Shown: in pieces, positions 28,749 through 38,979 of the stretch
Numbering within the stretch: the first letter of the stretch is position 1
Layout of the letters: each line of letters starts with the position of its first letter
Virus record (IMG/VR): IMGVR_UViG_3300011989_000010
Span: 1 to 64,000 of that record
Reading direction: 5' to 3' (one strand)
Length of the DNA stretch: 64,000 nucleotides
Source: a virus
Taxonomy: Duplodnaviria > Caudoviricetes
Program-made: the position numbers and the translations under genes
Notes under the pieces: generated by a model
Told to the model about the DNA's origin: nothing
The model's input: only the letters and a program-made list of their open reading frames with translations
Database searches by the model: none

Positions 28749-28836
28749 TACCTTTATATTCTGATAATAATTCTAATTCAGGATGTTCAATAGATAATTG
28801 CTCTTTAAATTCTTCAGTTGTTTTCTTTTTAGGCAT
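28749..28836 (-). pseudogene. 5' stub of a nuclease-like gene truncated by the IS
   Basis: MPKKKTTEEFKEQLSIEHPELELLSEYKG runs into the IS right end; same MPKKKTxEEF start as 14032; TATATTTG at 28865-28872. Confidence 0.6.
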
Positions 28837-28906
28837 AAAAAATATTTATTTATATAATATATTGCAAATATATAAATAAATATATTTAGGTGATAGTTTT
28901 TGAACT

Positions 28907-29614
28907 TTAATTTTTCAAGATTCGTTGAATTTTTTGTATTTTTTCATTTATAACATTTTTTTTAGGATTCATTTCTTTACTTTCTACCCAAGATTCAAGA
29001 CCTTCATGGCCATTCATGGTAATATACGCATTATTTGTTGACGGGTCTGAAACTATGTCCCAGCATATTAATTCAAAGTCGGACCCAACTATATAAGTTC
29101 CCAATTTATTTTCAACTGAGCCTACACCTCTTGAAGACACTCCAATCTTATAACCATTAAGCAAAAGATTTGCTGCCATATCACCCATAGTTGAAACAAT
29201 GCCTTCGTTTACGAAACCTTGTGAAATGTTCAATTCCATCTTGCCAACGAGGGTATGACCTTCCCAATGTAATTCAATAATATTGTGAGAAATTCTGCCC
29301 AAGTCAATTGTAGATTCTGCTGGATGATTTAATTCACCATATGCTCGATGCTCAGCAATTTTCTGCTGATAAGCCTCAACTTGTCTTTTAAGTACATTTT
29401 CAGGGTAAATACGACCATTTGCATTCTTTATATCAAACTTCTGAAAAACTGCGTCAATTACAAATGGATAAGGTACGTGCCATCCACCATCAGCAACACC
29501 TTCCTTAATGGTTCTATTATTCCCTTCATTAAGTGAGATGTAGCCATCGTTATCTATAATAAGACCTGTACCTGTCTTACCCTTTTTTATTTCTACTAAT
29601 TCGTTTTTATCCAT
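28907..29614 (-). CDS. Prohead protease (T4 gp21-like)
   Basis: AVFQKFDIKNANGRIYP, GELNHP, ISHNI, IGVSSRGVGS, WDIVSDPS; likely start 29614 (MDKNELVE) after TATTTAT at 29633-29639. Confidence 0.92.
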   Translation of the reverse strand: MDKNELVEIKKGKTGTGLIIDNDGYISLNEGNNRTIKEGVADGGWHVPYPFVIDAVFQKFDIKNANGRIYPENVLKRQVEAYQQKIAEHRAYGELNHPAESTIDLGRISHNIIELHWEGHTLVGKMELNISQGFVNEGIVSTMGDMAANLLLNGYKIGVSSRGVGSVENKLGTYIVGSDFELICWDIVSDPSTNNAYITMNGHEGLESWVESKEMNPKKNVINEKIQKIQRILKN

Positions 29615-29854
29615 AATATGATATTTATAACTATAAATATATAATAAATATATCTTTGAAATTATAAAATTAGTGTAAATAAAAATCATTTTATATTTAT
29701 TACAGAGCAAGAAAACTAACTCAATAAATAAAAAATAGAAAAATCGCTGATATTATTAGGTTTTTTGAAGTATTTATTAATGATAAAAAATAATTTTTTT
29801 TGGTTTAGTAATATATTTATATATAAAATAACTTAACAATTCATTTTTTTCATA

Positions 29855-31387
29855 ATGAAGAATAATAAAATAAGAAGCAAAGTTGTAAAGGAATCTTTAT
29901 TGGACTATAACAATCTTGCTAATACATTGAAAGAGAATACAACTGCTGCCGTTAGGGATTTACTTTCCGAGGCAGTACGTGATACATATTCTAAGATTCT
30001 TACCGAGGATGACGAGGATAAGGATTATGATGTAGAGGAAGTGGATGATACTGATTCTGGAACGAGTGGCGATGCAGACGCAACAGTAGATGATACTGAC
30101 GCAGAAGGCTCTGACGATGTGGATGCTGTGGATGTTGATGACACTGAAGACAGTGGTGACACCGAAGATGTTGATGACACTGAGGACGACGGTGAAATGA
30201 CTGACGAAGTACCTGCTGAAGGTGAGGGCGAAGACGGTGATGAATGGTCTCAATTCGACAAGTACAAGGTTTCAGATGACGAGTATGACTTCTCAAATGC
30301 GGAAGACGATGAAATCGTAAAAGTTTACAAGTTATTGAACAATGATGACCAAGTAATCGTTAATAAGAGTGATGATAATAAGGTCAACATTAAGGATAAC
30401 GAAACAGGCGCTGAGTATCTTATTGACTTAGGTGACGATGGCGCATCAGAAGATTTCGGTGGTGCTGAAGATGATTTTGGAGGTGATGACACTGGTTTCG
30501 ATGATGAAGATGACTTTGATAACGAAGAAGATAACGATATGAATGAATCTAGAATTTATGAAATAGCACTTGATGAATATGATTCTCATGTTGGCTATAC
30601 TGATAATTATCAGAGCAAGGACGTATTAGACACAAAGGGCGTTCCTGTCGCAGACGACAAGGACAGTAACGATTGGGGTTCTAAGGGTCTTAAGGATAGA
30701 GGCAACAGAAAGCCTTGGTCAGGAAAGAGAAATAACGCAAGCGAAAATCAGCCATTTACTGCTAGTAAGGGTAAGACTGTAGAAGAGGAAGATGACATCG
30801 AAGGCGGCGATGCAGAAGCAGCAATCTCAGAGAGTGCTGGCGAGTGTGGCGCTAAGATGGGTGCTAAACGTAGAATGAGAGGTACTAAGTCTCACAATCC
30901 AAATACAGGTGATGATGAAATCCCTTATGTTTCAAGCCATGCTTCAGTAGCAGGTGAATATAAGGGTAGTAAGGCTGATAAGTCTTATGGAAGTAAGGTT
31001 GAGTCAGTTATGCGTAAGGCTAACAAGATTTTCGCAGAAAACAAAGAACTTAAATCTGCACTTGGCAAATTTAAGAACGTACTCGAAGAGGCTGCGGTTA
31101 CGAACGTCAACCTTGGCCAGATTATCAAGTTGATTTCTGAAAACACAACATCTCAGAATGAGAAGAAGGAAATCATCGCACGATTTGGCAAAGAGGCTAA
31201 GACAGTTGAGCAGTCTAAGAACTTGTACGAATCAATCTCAAGAGATTTGCAGAAGAAGAATACCATGAATCTTGACGAAGGAAAGCAGTACGGAGTTGAG
31301 GGTTCTAAGCAAATCAACGAGACACAAATCTATCAGTCAAAGGATTTACTTGATTCACTTGACTTAATGCATAGACTTTGTAAGTAA
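29855..31387 (+). CDS. Prohead scaffold/core protein (gp22-like)
   Basis: Acidic 510-aa ORF with C-terminal coiled coil immediately upstream of the MCP; TATTTAT at 29814-29820. Confidence 0.7.
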   Translation: MKNNKIRSKVVKESLLDYNNLANTLKENTTAAVRDLLSEAVRDTYSKILTEDDEDKDYDVEEVDDTDSGTSGDADATVDDTDAEGSDDVDAVDVDDTEDSGDTEDVDDTEDDGEMTDEVPAEGEGEDGDEWSQFDKYKVSDDEYDFSNAEDDEIVKVYKLLNNDDQVIVNKSDDNKVNIKDNETGAEYLIDLGDDGASEDFGGAEDDFGGDDTGFDDEDDFDNEEDNDMNESRIYEIALDEYDSHVGYTDNYQSKDVLDTKGVPVADDKDSNDWGSKGLKDRGNRKPWSGKRNNASENQPFTASKGKTVEEEDDIEGGDAEAAISESAGECGAKMGAKRRMRGTKSHNPNTGDDEIPYVSSHASVAGEYKGSKADKSYGSKVESVMRKANKIFAENKELKSALGKFKNVLEEAAVTNVNLGQIIKLISENTTSQNEKKEIIARFGKEAKTVEQSKNLYESISRDLQKKNTMNLDEGKQYGVEGSKQINETQIYQSKDLLDSLDLMHRLCK

Positions 31388-31433
31388 AACGAAAAAATAA
31401 ATTAAAATTTTTATTAATAAAAATCTTTTATAA

Positions 31434-33416
31434 ATGAGAGAATTTTTAACTAGCGGTCAGGTCGGCAATATCGAGTTGAACGCACAAAAGAAGATACGTG
31501 AGGACATTCAGAATCGTTGGGACCAGTTAGGTTTCACTGAGGGTCTTGATGGTACAATCAAGGAGAATGTTGCTACATTGTATGAAAATGAGGCTAAGCA
31601 CTTGATTTATGAGGCTACTGCTTCTGATAACTCTGGCTCTTTCGAGACTGTAGTTTTCCCAATTATCCGTCGTGTATTCAGCAAGTTACTTGCTAACGAC
31701 ATTGTATCAGTTCAGGCTATGAACCTTCCTGTTGGTAAGTTGTTCTTCATCCTCCCTGTTACATCAGAGCGTGAGTGGGAAGTTCCTGCTGATGGCGCGG
31801 CTGCCGCAGCTGCTGGTGACATCGTAGATGGTACTACAGGTCGTCATAAGGGTCTTATGGGCTATGACCGTACTAACCGTAACAAGGAAGGTCGTGTTGA
31901 GCCACGTTACTATCTTCCTGATGAGACGGTTGCTGACTTGGAGAAGGATAAGTGGTATGTACCACAGTTGAATCAGACACCTGCTGATGCTACTACTTAC
32001 GATGCAGCATTGAAAGCAGCTAAGGATGCAGGTCTTGGTGTAACTGCTCTTCGTCAGGATGGTCCTGAGGTTACTCAGTACTTCGAGAAGAGTCTTTACG
32101 ACTTGTTCTACAACGACTTCCTTTATGATAATTCTAAGGGTAAGGTAACTATCAAGGTAGGTCAGGCTTCTCTTGCTAAGTTGACTCCACGTGGTATGGA
32201 GGATTTCGCAGCAGGTGATACAGTACAGGTTAACGGTTTCGATGGTACTGTTCGTAACGTAATCCTTAAGGTTTCAGGTTTCTCTTCATTCAACGCTTCT
32301 AAGTTGACTGGTCCTGATGGTAACGAGATGGACACTGAAGGTTTCTTGGCTTCATTGAAGGTTATTACAACTGAAGCTATTGCATCTACAGGTGTTGAGG
32401 GTGCAAGTGGTGTTACTACTGCATCGTTCAAGAAGTATGAAGCAGTTCCTTTCCGTGTTGCTACTCAGAAATATGGCAAGGGTATCGTAGAGTATGGTAA
32501 TGCTTGCGATGCTGAAGGTAATATGTATCTTGAACTTGACCTTGCTAAACCAGTTGTTCAGCAGGCAGGTACAATTGATGGTTATGTAGGTGTTGCACCT
32601 ACTGCTATCACAGATGCATCAATGTTCAAGGTTGCTTGGGCACAGTATGACTCACTTGAGTTGGAGACTGAGATTGGTGAGGTTTCATTCAAGTTGGATT
32701 CAGTAACTGTCTCAGTTGAGGAGCGTAAGTTACGTGCTACATGGTCTCCAGAGTTGGCACAGGATGTTAGCGCATTCCACAACATTGATGCAGAGGCAGA
32801 GTTGACTGCTATTCTTTCTGAGCAGATTGCTGCTGAGATTGACCGTGAGATTCTTCGTGACCTTCGTAAGGGTGCACCTTGGCAGGCTCGTTGGGATGTA
32901 AATGGTTGGAGACGTATGGCAGCTTTCTCTACTAACTACACTCAGAAGGATTGGAATCAGGAGTTATTCACAAAGATTAATCAGATTTCTGCTCAAATCC
33001 ACAAGGCTACTCTTCGTGGTGGTGCTAACTTCATCGTAGTATCTTCAGAGATTTCTGCATTGTTCGATAACCTTGAGTACTTCCACGTAAGTGATGCATC
33101 TGCTGAGTCAGATCAGTACAATATGGGTATTGAGAAGATTGGTTCTTTGAATGGTCGTTATCAGGTATATCGTGACCCGTATTCTCCACACTGGTCAATC
33201 ATCATTGGTCACAAGGGTAAGTCACTTCTTGATACAGGTTACATCTATGCACCGTATGTACCAATGCAGTTGACTCCTACAATGTACAACCCATTCAACT
33301 TTGCTCCTGTAAAAGGCATTATGACCAGGTACGCTAAGAAGATGGTGAACAACAGATATTATGGTCACATTCGTGTCGATGGTTTGGTCCATTGGGATAT
33401 TGCTGAACTTAGATAA
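31434..33416 (+). CDS. Major capsid protein (T4 gp23-like)
   Basis: PIIRRVF..LAND IVSVQAM..PVG, RKLRATWSPELAQD, DAEAELTAILSEQIAAEIDREI, YIYAPYVP, F.PVKGIMTRYA; GC-richer high-expression codons. Confidence 0.95.
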   Translation: MREFLTSGQVGNIELNAQKKIREDIQNRWDQLGFTEGLDGTIKENVATLYENEAKHLIYEATASDNSGSFETVVFPIIRRVFSKLLANDIVSVQAMNLPVGKLFFILPVTSEREWEVPADGAAAAAAGDIVDGTTGRHKGLMGYDRTNRNKEGRVEPRYYLPDETVADLEKDKWYVPQLNQTPADATTYDAALKAAKDAGLGVTALRQDGPEVTQYFEKSLYDLFYNDFLYDNSKGKVTIKVGQASLAKLTPRGMEDFAAGDTVQVNGFDGTVRNVILKVSGFSSFNASKLTGPDGNEMDTEGFLASLKVITTEAIASTGVEGASGVTTASFKKYEAVPFRVATQKYGKGIVEYGNACDAEGNMYLELDLAKPVVQQAGTIDGYVGVAPTAITDASMFKVAWAQYDSLELETEIGEVSFKLDSVTVSVEERKLRATWSPELAQDVSAFHNIDAEAELTAILSEQIAAEIDREILRDLRKGAPWQARWDVNGWRRMAAFSTNYTQKDWNQELFTKINQISAQIHKATLRGGANFIVVSSEISALFDNLEYFHVSDASAESDQYNMGIEKIGSLNGRYQVYRDPYSPHWSIIIGHKGKSLLDTGYIYAPYVPMQLTPTMYNPFNFAPVKGIMTRYAKKMVNNRYYGHIRVDGLVHWDIAELR

Positions 33417-33445
33417 TCTATTGATTACTAATAAGTTATATAATG

Positions 33446-33481
33446 AAAAGAGTTCTCATTTTTGGGAACTCTTTTTTTTTT
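33446..33481 (+). terminator. Intrinsic terminator after the MCP
   Basis: aaaagagttctc...gggaactctttttttt. Confidence 0.75.
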
Positions 33482-33568
33482 ATCTTTTCCAATAAATAAA
33501 ACCTTTTAAATTTGCTTTTAATAAAAATTTATTATATATTTGCAATATGAAAAATAAATTAAAATTTT

Positions 33569-35278
33569 ATGGGAAAGAAAGTAACAATAAATGAAAATGA
33601 CATAATTAATGATTACAAATCATCAGTTATAAGTGTTGACTCCTTAGCTAAAAAATATCATGTTGGCAAAATAAGAATCAGGAAAATACTATCTGATAAT
33701 AATGTTGAAAGGAGGAAACGTGGAGGACAGGAAAAAGGTTTTAATTTTAAACCTGATGATTGGAAAATTGAAAAGTATCCAAAAATAAACGGAAAACACT
33801 ACATTGCTTATTCCAAAGATGGAAAATATTATACAAATGATTATATGAATCAGGCAGGTAAGCTTACTTCATACATTAAAACATTGGGTATTGAAATTCC
33901 GACATTGTATGATAGAAGAAAATATTATATGATGAATGGAAATTATTGGTGGGAGCAGTGGTTTGATATTAAGTTAATTGACGATAAACCTGTTAAAAAA
34001 TGTCCATATTGTGATTGGGAAACAACTGATATTGAGAACAAAAGTGGAATGTTTATGCAGCATTTAATAAAAGAGCATAAACTAACCATTGAAGAATATC
34101 TTAAAAAACACCCTGAAGATAATGATTATTTTCAAAAACAAGCTAAAATTATAGCTAAAAATAAACTATTAATTGATGATGGGAATTATGTCAAATGCCC
34201 CATTTGTGGTAAAAAAATGATGAGAATGACTTATTGGCATATTAAAAATCATGGACTTACCATAACTGAATTTAAATATAAATTTCCTGATTTTAAAATG
34301 GAATCAGAATTAATGGAGGAAAAAGATAGGGAAAACCAAAAATTAAGCAATTTAGCTGAGCGAAAAACAGAAACCGTATCACTTGCTGAAAAAGAAATAT
34401 CAGATTTTTTAGAAAAAAATAAAATTAATATTGTTAAGAATGACAGAAAAATATTAGATGGGAAAGAAATTGACATTTTAATTCCTGACTATAACATTGG
34501 TATTGAGTATGATGGGCTAAGATATCATTGCGAGGGGGTATCTAACAAAACCTCTGATAGTCATTTGTTTAAGACAAAAAAAGCCGCCGAAAAAGGAATC
34601 AATTTAATACACATTTTTGAAGATGAATATCAAATTCATAAAGAATTAGTTTTTGATAAAATTAAGCAAATATTGCATTTAAATAATAATATTAAAATAG
34701 GTGCAAGAAAATGCAAAATAAAAGAAATTAATTCAGATGCAGCTAAAGATTTTTTAAATGCTTTCCATTTACAGGGGTTTGCCAACTCATCAGTTTATAT
34801 AGGTGCTTTTTATAACAATGAACTTATTGGTGTAATGACTTTTAAAAAGAATGGCTTGGACAAAACTGAACAGTGGGAATTGAATAGATTTGCTACCAAT
34901 TTTAAATATAATTGTCAAGGACTTGGTAGTAAATTATTTAAATATTTCATTAATTTAAAAAATCCATATACTGTATCAAGTTTTGCTGATAGAAGATGGA
35001 CTCTTAACCCATTTAATAATTTATATATAAATTTAGGCTTTAAATTCAGTGGCTTTACAAGACCAAGTTATACATATTTTAAATTAAAATGGGGTAAAGG
35101 CGAAGATAGATATAAAAGATTTCATAAGATGGATTTCAGAAAGCATATACTTCTTAAAAAGCATTCTGAATTATCTTCTGATATGACTGAATATGAAATG
35201 GCTAAAACATTAGGCTATGGCAGAATATGGGATTGTGGTATGCTAAAATATGTTTGGTATAATGAAAACATAAATTAA
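33569..35278 (+). CDS. Hef-like mobile endonuclease (Zn fingers, PD-(D/E)xK domain, GNAT-like C-domain)
   Basis: CPYC..H..H and CPICG; EIDILIPDYNIGIEYDGLRYH; GARKC..FLNAFHLQG; WELNRFA; SFADRRW; RIWDCG; TATATTTG at 33535-33542. Confidence 0.7.
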   Translation: MGKKVTINENDIINDYKSSVISVDSLAKKYHVGKIRIRKILSDNNVERRKRGGQEKGFNFKPDDWKIEKYPKINGKHYIAYSKDGKYYTNDYMNQAGKLTSYIKTLGIEIPTLYDRRKYYMMNGNYWWEQWFDIKLIDDKPVKKCPYCDWETTDIENKSGMFMQHLIKEHKLTIEEYLKKHPEDNDYFQKQAKIIAKNKLLIDDGNYVKCPICGKKMMRMTYWHIKNHGLTITEFKYKFPDFKMESELMEEKDRENQKLSNLAERKTETVSLAEKEISDFLEKNKINIVKNDRKILDGKEIDILIPDYNIGIEYDGLRYHCEGVSNKTSDSHLFKTKKAAEKGINLIHIFEDEYQIHKELVFDKIKQILHLNNNIKIGARKCKIKEINSDAAKDFLNAFHLQGFANSSVYIGAFYNNELIGVMTFKKNGLDKTEQWELNRFATNFKYNCQGLGSKLFKYFINLKNPYTVSSFADRRWTLNPFNNLYINLGFKFSGFTRPSYTYFKLKWGKGEDRYKRFHKMDFRKHILLKKHSELSSDMTEYEMAKTLGYGRIWDCGMLKYVWYNENIN

Positions 35279-35394
35279 AGCTGAATGGAGGTTCTTAATT
35301 GAATCTCCATTTTTTTATTTTTATATATTTAATATTTATCATCCTTAAAAACTATTTATATAAAAATAAGCATATTAATAAATTATAATAAATT

Positions 35395-35667
35395 ATGTCC
35401 AAACTTTTTGACCCATTGGCATCTTATGTAACAATGCCTTCAAGTGCAGAAAGCACTAACTATATAAATGGTGATTTTGCACCTGACCATAAAGGAGATT
35501 ACAGAAAAGGTATTGCAGTAACTTCTGAAGAAATAACAGGTGATTTGTCAGATGACAATTTACCTTTTGCCTTAAGAACTGAATTTAAAGAAGAAACAAA
35601 GGCTTCTGATACAAATAAAGATGCTGCAAGTGCAAAAACTGATGATTCTTCTGATTCAAATAAATAA
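35395..35667 (+). CDS. Hypothetical late protein
   Basis: 90-aa ORF; TATTTAT at 35353-35359. Confidence 0.6.
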   Translation: MSKLFDPLASYVTMPSSAESTNYINGDFAPDHKGDYRKGIAVTSEEITGDLSDDNLPFALRTEFKEETKASDTNKDAASAKTDDSSDSNK

Positions 35668-35695
35668 TTTAGCAAGGGAATAAAAATTAAATAAA

Positions 35696-35938
35696 ATGAA
35701 TGATTTAAAGCTTAATAAGCAGAATAAGGGTAATTATGTATCTGCAACAACACTTGACAATTACTATACTAAAGAACAGACAAGTGCTGCAACTGCAATA
35801 CAAGAGGCTTTAAATTGTAAACAGGATACAGGTAATTATGCATTAAAATCTGATTTGATTAGTGGATATAGTGAGGATGATTTAGTCGGCTTAATTAAAA
35901 AATTAGATGAAAAAATTACAAAATTAGAGAATAAATAA
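35696..35938 (+). CDS. Small fibre-related protein
   Basis: DNYYTKEQTSAATAIQEAL resembles the YYKKEETS repeat of the downstream fibre. Confidence 0.55.
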   Translation: MNDLKLNKQNKGNYVSATTLDNYYTKEQTSAATAIQEALNCKQDTGNYALKSDLISGYSEDDLVGLIKKLDEKITKLENK

Positions 35939-35940
35939 AT

Positions 35941-38871
35941 ATGACAAAAATTAGACATTTAGAGCCTTATGGCTTTAATGAGCAACCACAATTTAATGGT
36001 CTTGCAAATACTGTTAAGGCTAATATTGAAAATATTAAGGAAAAGAATCAGGAGCAAGACAAAAAAGATGAATCACAGGATGAAAATATCAAACAAGCCA
36101 TTGATAAATCTGTAGTTTCACTTGAAATGCTAAGTACCCCAACAGAAGGAAGCAACAGAACATATGCAGTTAAACAGGGTGGAAATGAAATTGGAAAGAT
36201 AGAGATTCCATTCAGTAGCCTTGTTAAGTCAACAACTTATGATGCAGAAAAAAATCTTCTTATATTCACAATTGACCATGACAAGGAGATAAAAGTTAAC
36301 TTGACAGACCTAATTGAAGATGCTGACTTGGTGCAAAGGAGAATATTTGATGACTTCAAAAATGAAGTTAATTCATTTAGCTCTAATACAACTGATTCAA
36401 TATCTGAACTTGTACAAAAATTAGGAAGTGGATTTACAGGCGCAAATACTGTTACATCTGTTATTGAGAGAAACGAAAAAGTAGTTTCTTCATCACTCAA
36501 TGACTTGAATGATAGAAAACTTGACGCATCTGCATATACACCTACAGACTTGTCAGATTATTATAAGAAAGAAGAAACAAGTGGCAAGACGGATTTAGAT
36601 ACTGCATTTAATTCAAAAGCTAATAAGACTGACTTAGACACCCATATTAGTGATAAGATAAAGCATATTACTGCTGATGAAAGAACTAAGTGGGATAACG
36701 CTACGGATACATTGGCAACCCATACAGGAGATTCTACTATTCATATTAGTGCCGATGAAAGAACTAAGTGGGATAACGCTACGGATACATTGGCAACACA
36801 TACAGGCGATTCTGCAATCCATATCACTTCAGATGAAAGAACTAAGTGGGATGGAAAGATTTCAAACGCACAGTATAATAGTAGTGACAAAAAGATATAC
36901 TTCTATAGTGGGGCAACTACAGAAAGCCCAGTAGCAAATATTGATGCTACAGATTTTATTAAGGACGGAATGGTATCTAATGTGGAAATAAAGGATGTTG
37001 AAAACAGTGGTTCTTGTCTTGTTATAACATTTAACGCGGACGCTGGAAAGCAAGATATTAATATTCCTATTTCCACAATATTTAATCCCACAAACTATTA
37101 TTTGAAGACTGAAACAAGTGGTAGTACTGAGCTAAATACAGCATTTGGCTTAAAGGCTAATCAATCTGATTTCACTGCCCATACAGGAAATAACGGCATA
37201 CATATTACTGCCGATGAAAGAAGTAAGTGGAATAATGCAGCAGCAAGCAGTCATACACACACAAATAAGGCTATATTAGACACGATAACAACTATTGATA
37301 CTGAGCTTAATGAAAATTCAAAGAACTTAGTGGAAAATTCTGCCATAACAAAGGTAATACTAGAAAATGAAAAAATAGTTTCAGCATCACTTAATGATTT
37401 AAATGACAGAAAACTTGATGCATCTGCATATACTAAAACAGACTTGTCAGATTACTACAAGAAAGAGGAAACAAGTGGAAAGACGGATTTAGATGCTGCA
37501 TTTAATAAAAAGGCTAATTCTACTGACTTGGCTACAAAGGCTAACCAATCTGACTTTACTGCCCATATTAGTGATAATATCAAGCATATTACTTCAGATG
37601 AAAGAACTAACTGGAATAATGCTGCCACAAATAGCCATACACACGCAAATAAAGACGTATTGGACAAGATAACAACAATTGATAGTGAACTTAGTGACGC
37701 ATCAAACAATTTGGTTGTAAATTCTGCCATCACAAAGGTAATAGTAGATAATGAGAAAGTAGTTTCAGCAGCTCTTAATGACTTGAATGATAGAAAACTT
37801 GACTCATCTGCATATACGCCTACGGACTTGTCAGATTACTACAAAAAGGAAGAAACAAGCGCTAAAACTGAATTGACAACGGCATTTAATTTAAAGGCTA
37901 ATTCTGCTGACTTAACTGCTCATACGGGCAATTCTGCAATCCATATTACTTCAGATGAAAGAACTAAATGGAATGGAAAACTTTCAAATGCTCAATACAG
38001 TAAAGCTGATAAGAAGATATACTTCTATAGTGGATCAACTACAGAAACACCAGTATTAAACATTGATGCTACGGATTTTATTAAGGATGGAATGGTATCA
38101 AAAGTAGAAATAAAGGATGTTGAAAACAGTGGTTCTTGCCTTGTAATAACATTTAATGCAGATGCTGGCAGTCAGGTTATAACAATTCCTGTGTCTAAAA
38201 TATTCGATTCTGGAAAGTATTATTTGAAGACTGAAACAAGTGGGAAGACAGAAATATCTGGCGCACTTGCGCTAAAGGCTGATACGTCTGCATTAACTGC
38301 CCATACTGGAAATAACGACATACATATTACTACCGCTGAAAGAACAAAGTGGAATAATGCTGACGCAAATAGCCATACACACGCAAATAAAGACGTATTA
38401 GACAAGATAACGGCTATTGACACAGAACTTAGTAAAACATCAAACAATTTGGTTGTAAATTCCGCTATCACAAAGGTAATACTAGAAAATGAAAAAATAG
38501 TTTCAGCATCACTTAATGATTTAAATGACAGAAAGCTTGATGCTTCAGCATATACTAAAACAGACTTGTCAGATTACTACAAGAAGGAAGAAACAAGTGG
38601 CAAGTCAGAAATAGATACAGCATTAGCAGCAAAGTCTAATACAGGGCATAAGCATCAATCTAGTGATATAAGTGATATCGTTACTGGAATTACAGCTTCA
38701 AATAGTGGTTCAACAAGTGTACCAACAGTGAACGCAGTTATGCAGTTAATTAATGCTAAGTTAGATATAAATTACACTGGATTCACAGGTACTACACTTA
38801 CAGGAGTTACAACTATTGTTGAGGCAATTCAAAAAATTGCTGACAAGTTAGATAAACTTCCAAATAGCTAA
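35941..38871 (+). CDS. Repeat-built tail/head fibre protein
   Basis: 976 aa with 4x SLNDLNDRKLDxSAYTxTDLSDYYKKEETS, 7x H(I/T)xxxxxHIxxxERxxW, 2x KKIYFYSG..FIKDGMVS..GSCLVITFNADAG and 3x SHTHxNKxxLD. Confidence 0.7.
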   Translation: MTKIRHLEPYGFNEQPQFNGLANTVKANIENIKEKNQEQDKKDESQDENIKQAIDKSVVSLEMLSTPTEGSNRTYAVKQGGNEIGKIEIPFSSLVKSTTYDAEKNLLIFTIDHDKEIKVNLTDLIEDADLVQRRIFDDFKNEVNSFSSNTTDSISELVQKLGSGFTGANTVTSVIERNEKVVSSSLNDLNDRKLDASAYTPTDLSDYYKKEETSGKTDLDTAFNSKANKTDLDTHISDKIKHITADERTKWDNATDTLATHTGDSTIHISADERTKWDNATDTLATHTGDSAIHITSDERTKWDGKISNAQYNSSDKKIYFYSGATTESPVANIDATDFIKDGMVSNVEIKDVENSGSCLVITFNADAGKQDINIPISTIFNPTNYYLKTETSGSTELNTAFGLKANQSDFTAHTGNNGIHITADERSKWNNAAASSHTHTNKAILDTITTIDTELNENSKNLVENSAITKVILENEKIVSASLNDLNDRKLDASAYTKTDLSDYYKKEETSGKTDLDAAFNKKANSTDLATKANQSDFTAHISDNIKHITSDERTNWNNAATNSHTHANKDVLDKITTIDSELSDASNNLVVNSAITKVIVDNEKVVSAALNDLNDRKLDSSAYTPTDLSDYYKKEETSAKTELTTAFNLKANSADLTAHTGNSAIHITSDERTKWNGKLSNAQYSKADKKIYFYSGSTTETPVLNIDATDFIKDGMVSKVEIKDVENSGSCLVITFNADAGSQVITIPVSKIFDSGKYYLKTETSGKTEISGALALKADTSALTAHTGNNDIHITTAERTKWNNADANSHTHANKDVLDKITAIDTELSKTSNNLVVNSAITKVILENEKIVSASLNDLNDRKLDASAYTKTDLSDYYKKEETSGKSEIDTALAAKSNTGHKHQSSDISDIVTGITASNSGSTSVPTVNAVMQLINAKLDINYTGFTGTTLTGVTTIVEAIQKIADKLDKLPNS
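36676..36851 (+). repeat. 78-bp tandem repeat in the fibre gene
   Basis: gatgaaagaactaagtgggat recurs at 36676, 36754 and 36832. Confidence 0.85.
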
Positions 38872-38894
38872 CAAATAATATAATATTAAAAAAA

Positions 38895-38943
38895 TGAAAA
38901 CGTATGAATGCCAAATAGCAAAGGCAATCATACGTTTTTTTTT
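38895..38943. terminator. Bidirectional terminator
   Basis: aaaacgtatgaatgcc...ggcaatcatacgtttttttt between convergent genes. Confidence 0.7.
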
Positions 38944-38979
38944 GTATTAATTAAAAATAAATAAAAAGATAAATAAATC

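Noticed and set aside
36676-38600. CRISPR array
   Set aside because: The repeats are in-frame coding units of a fibre protein without unique spacers; no cas genes
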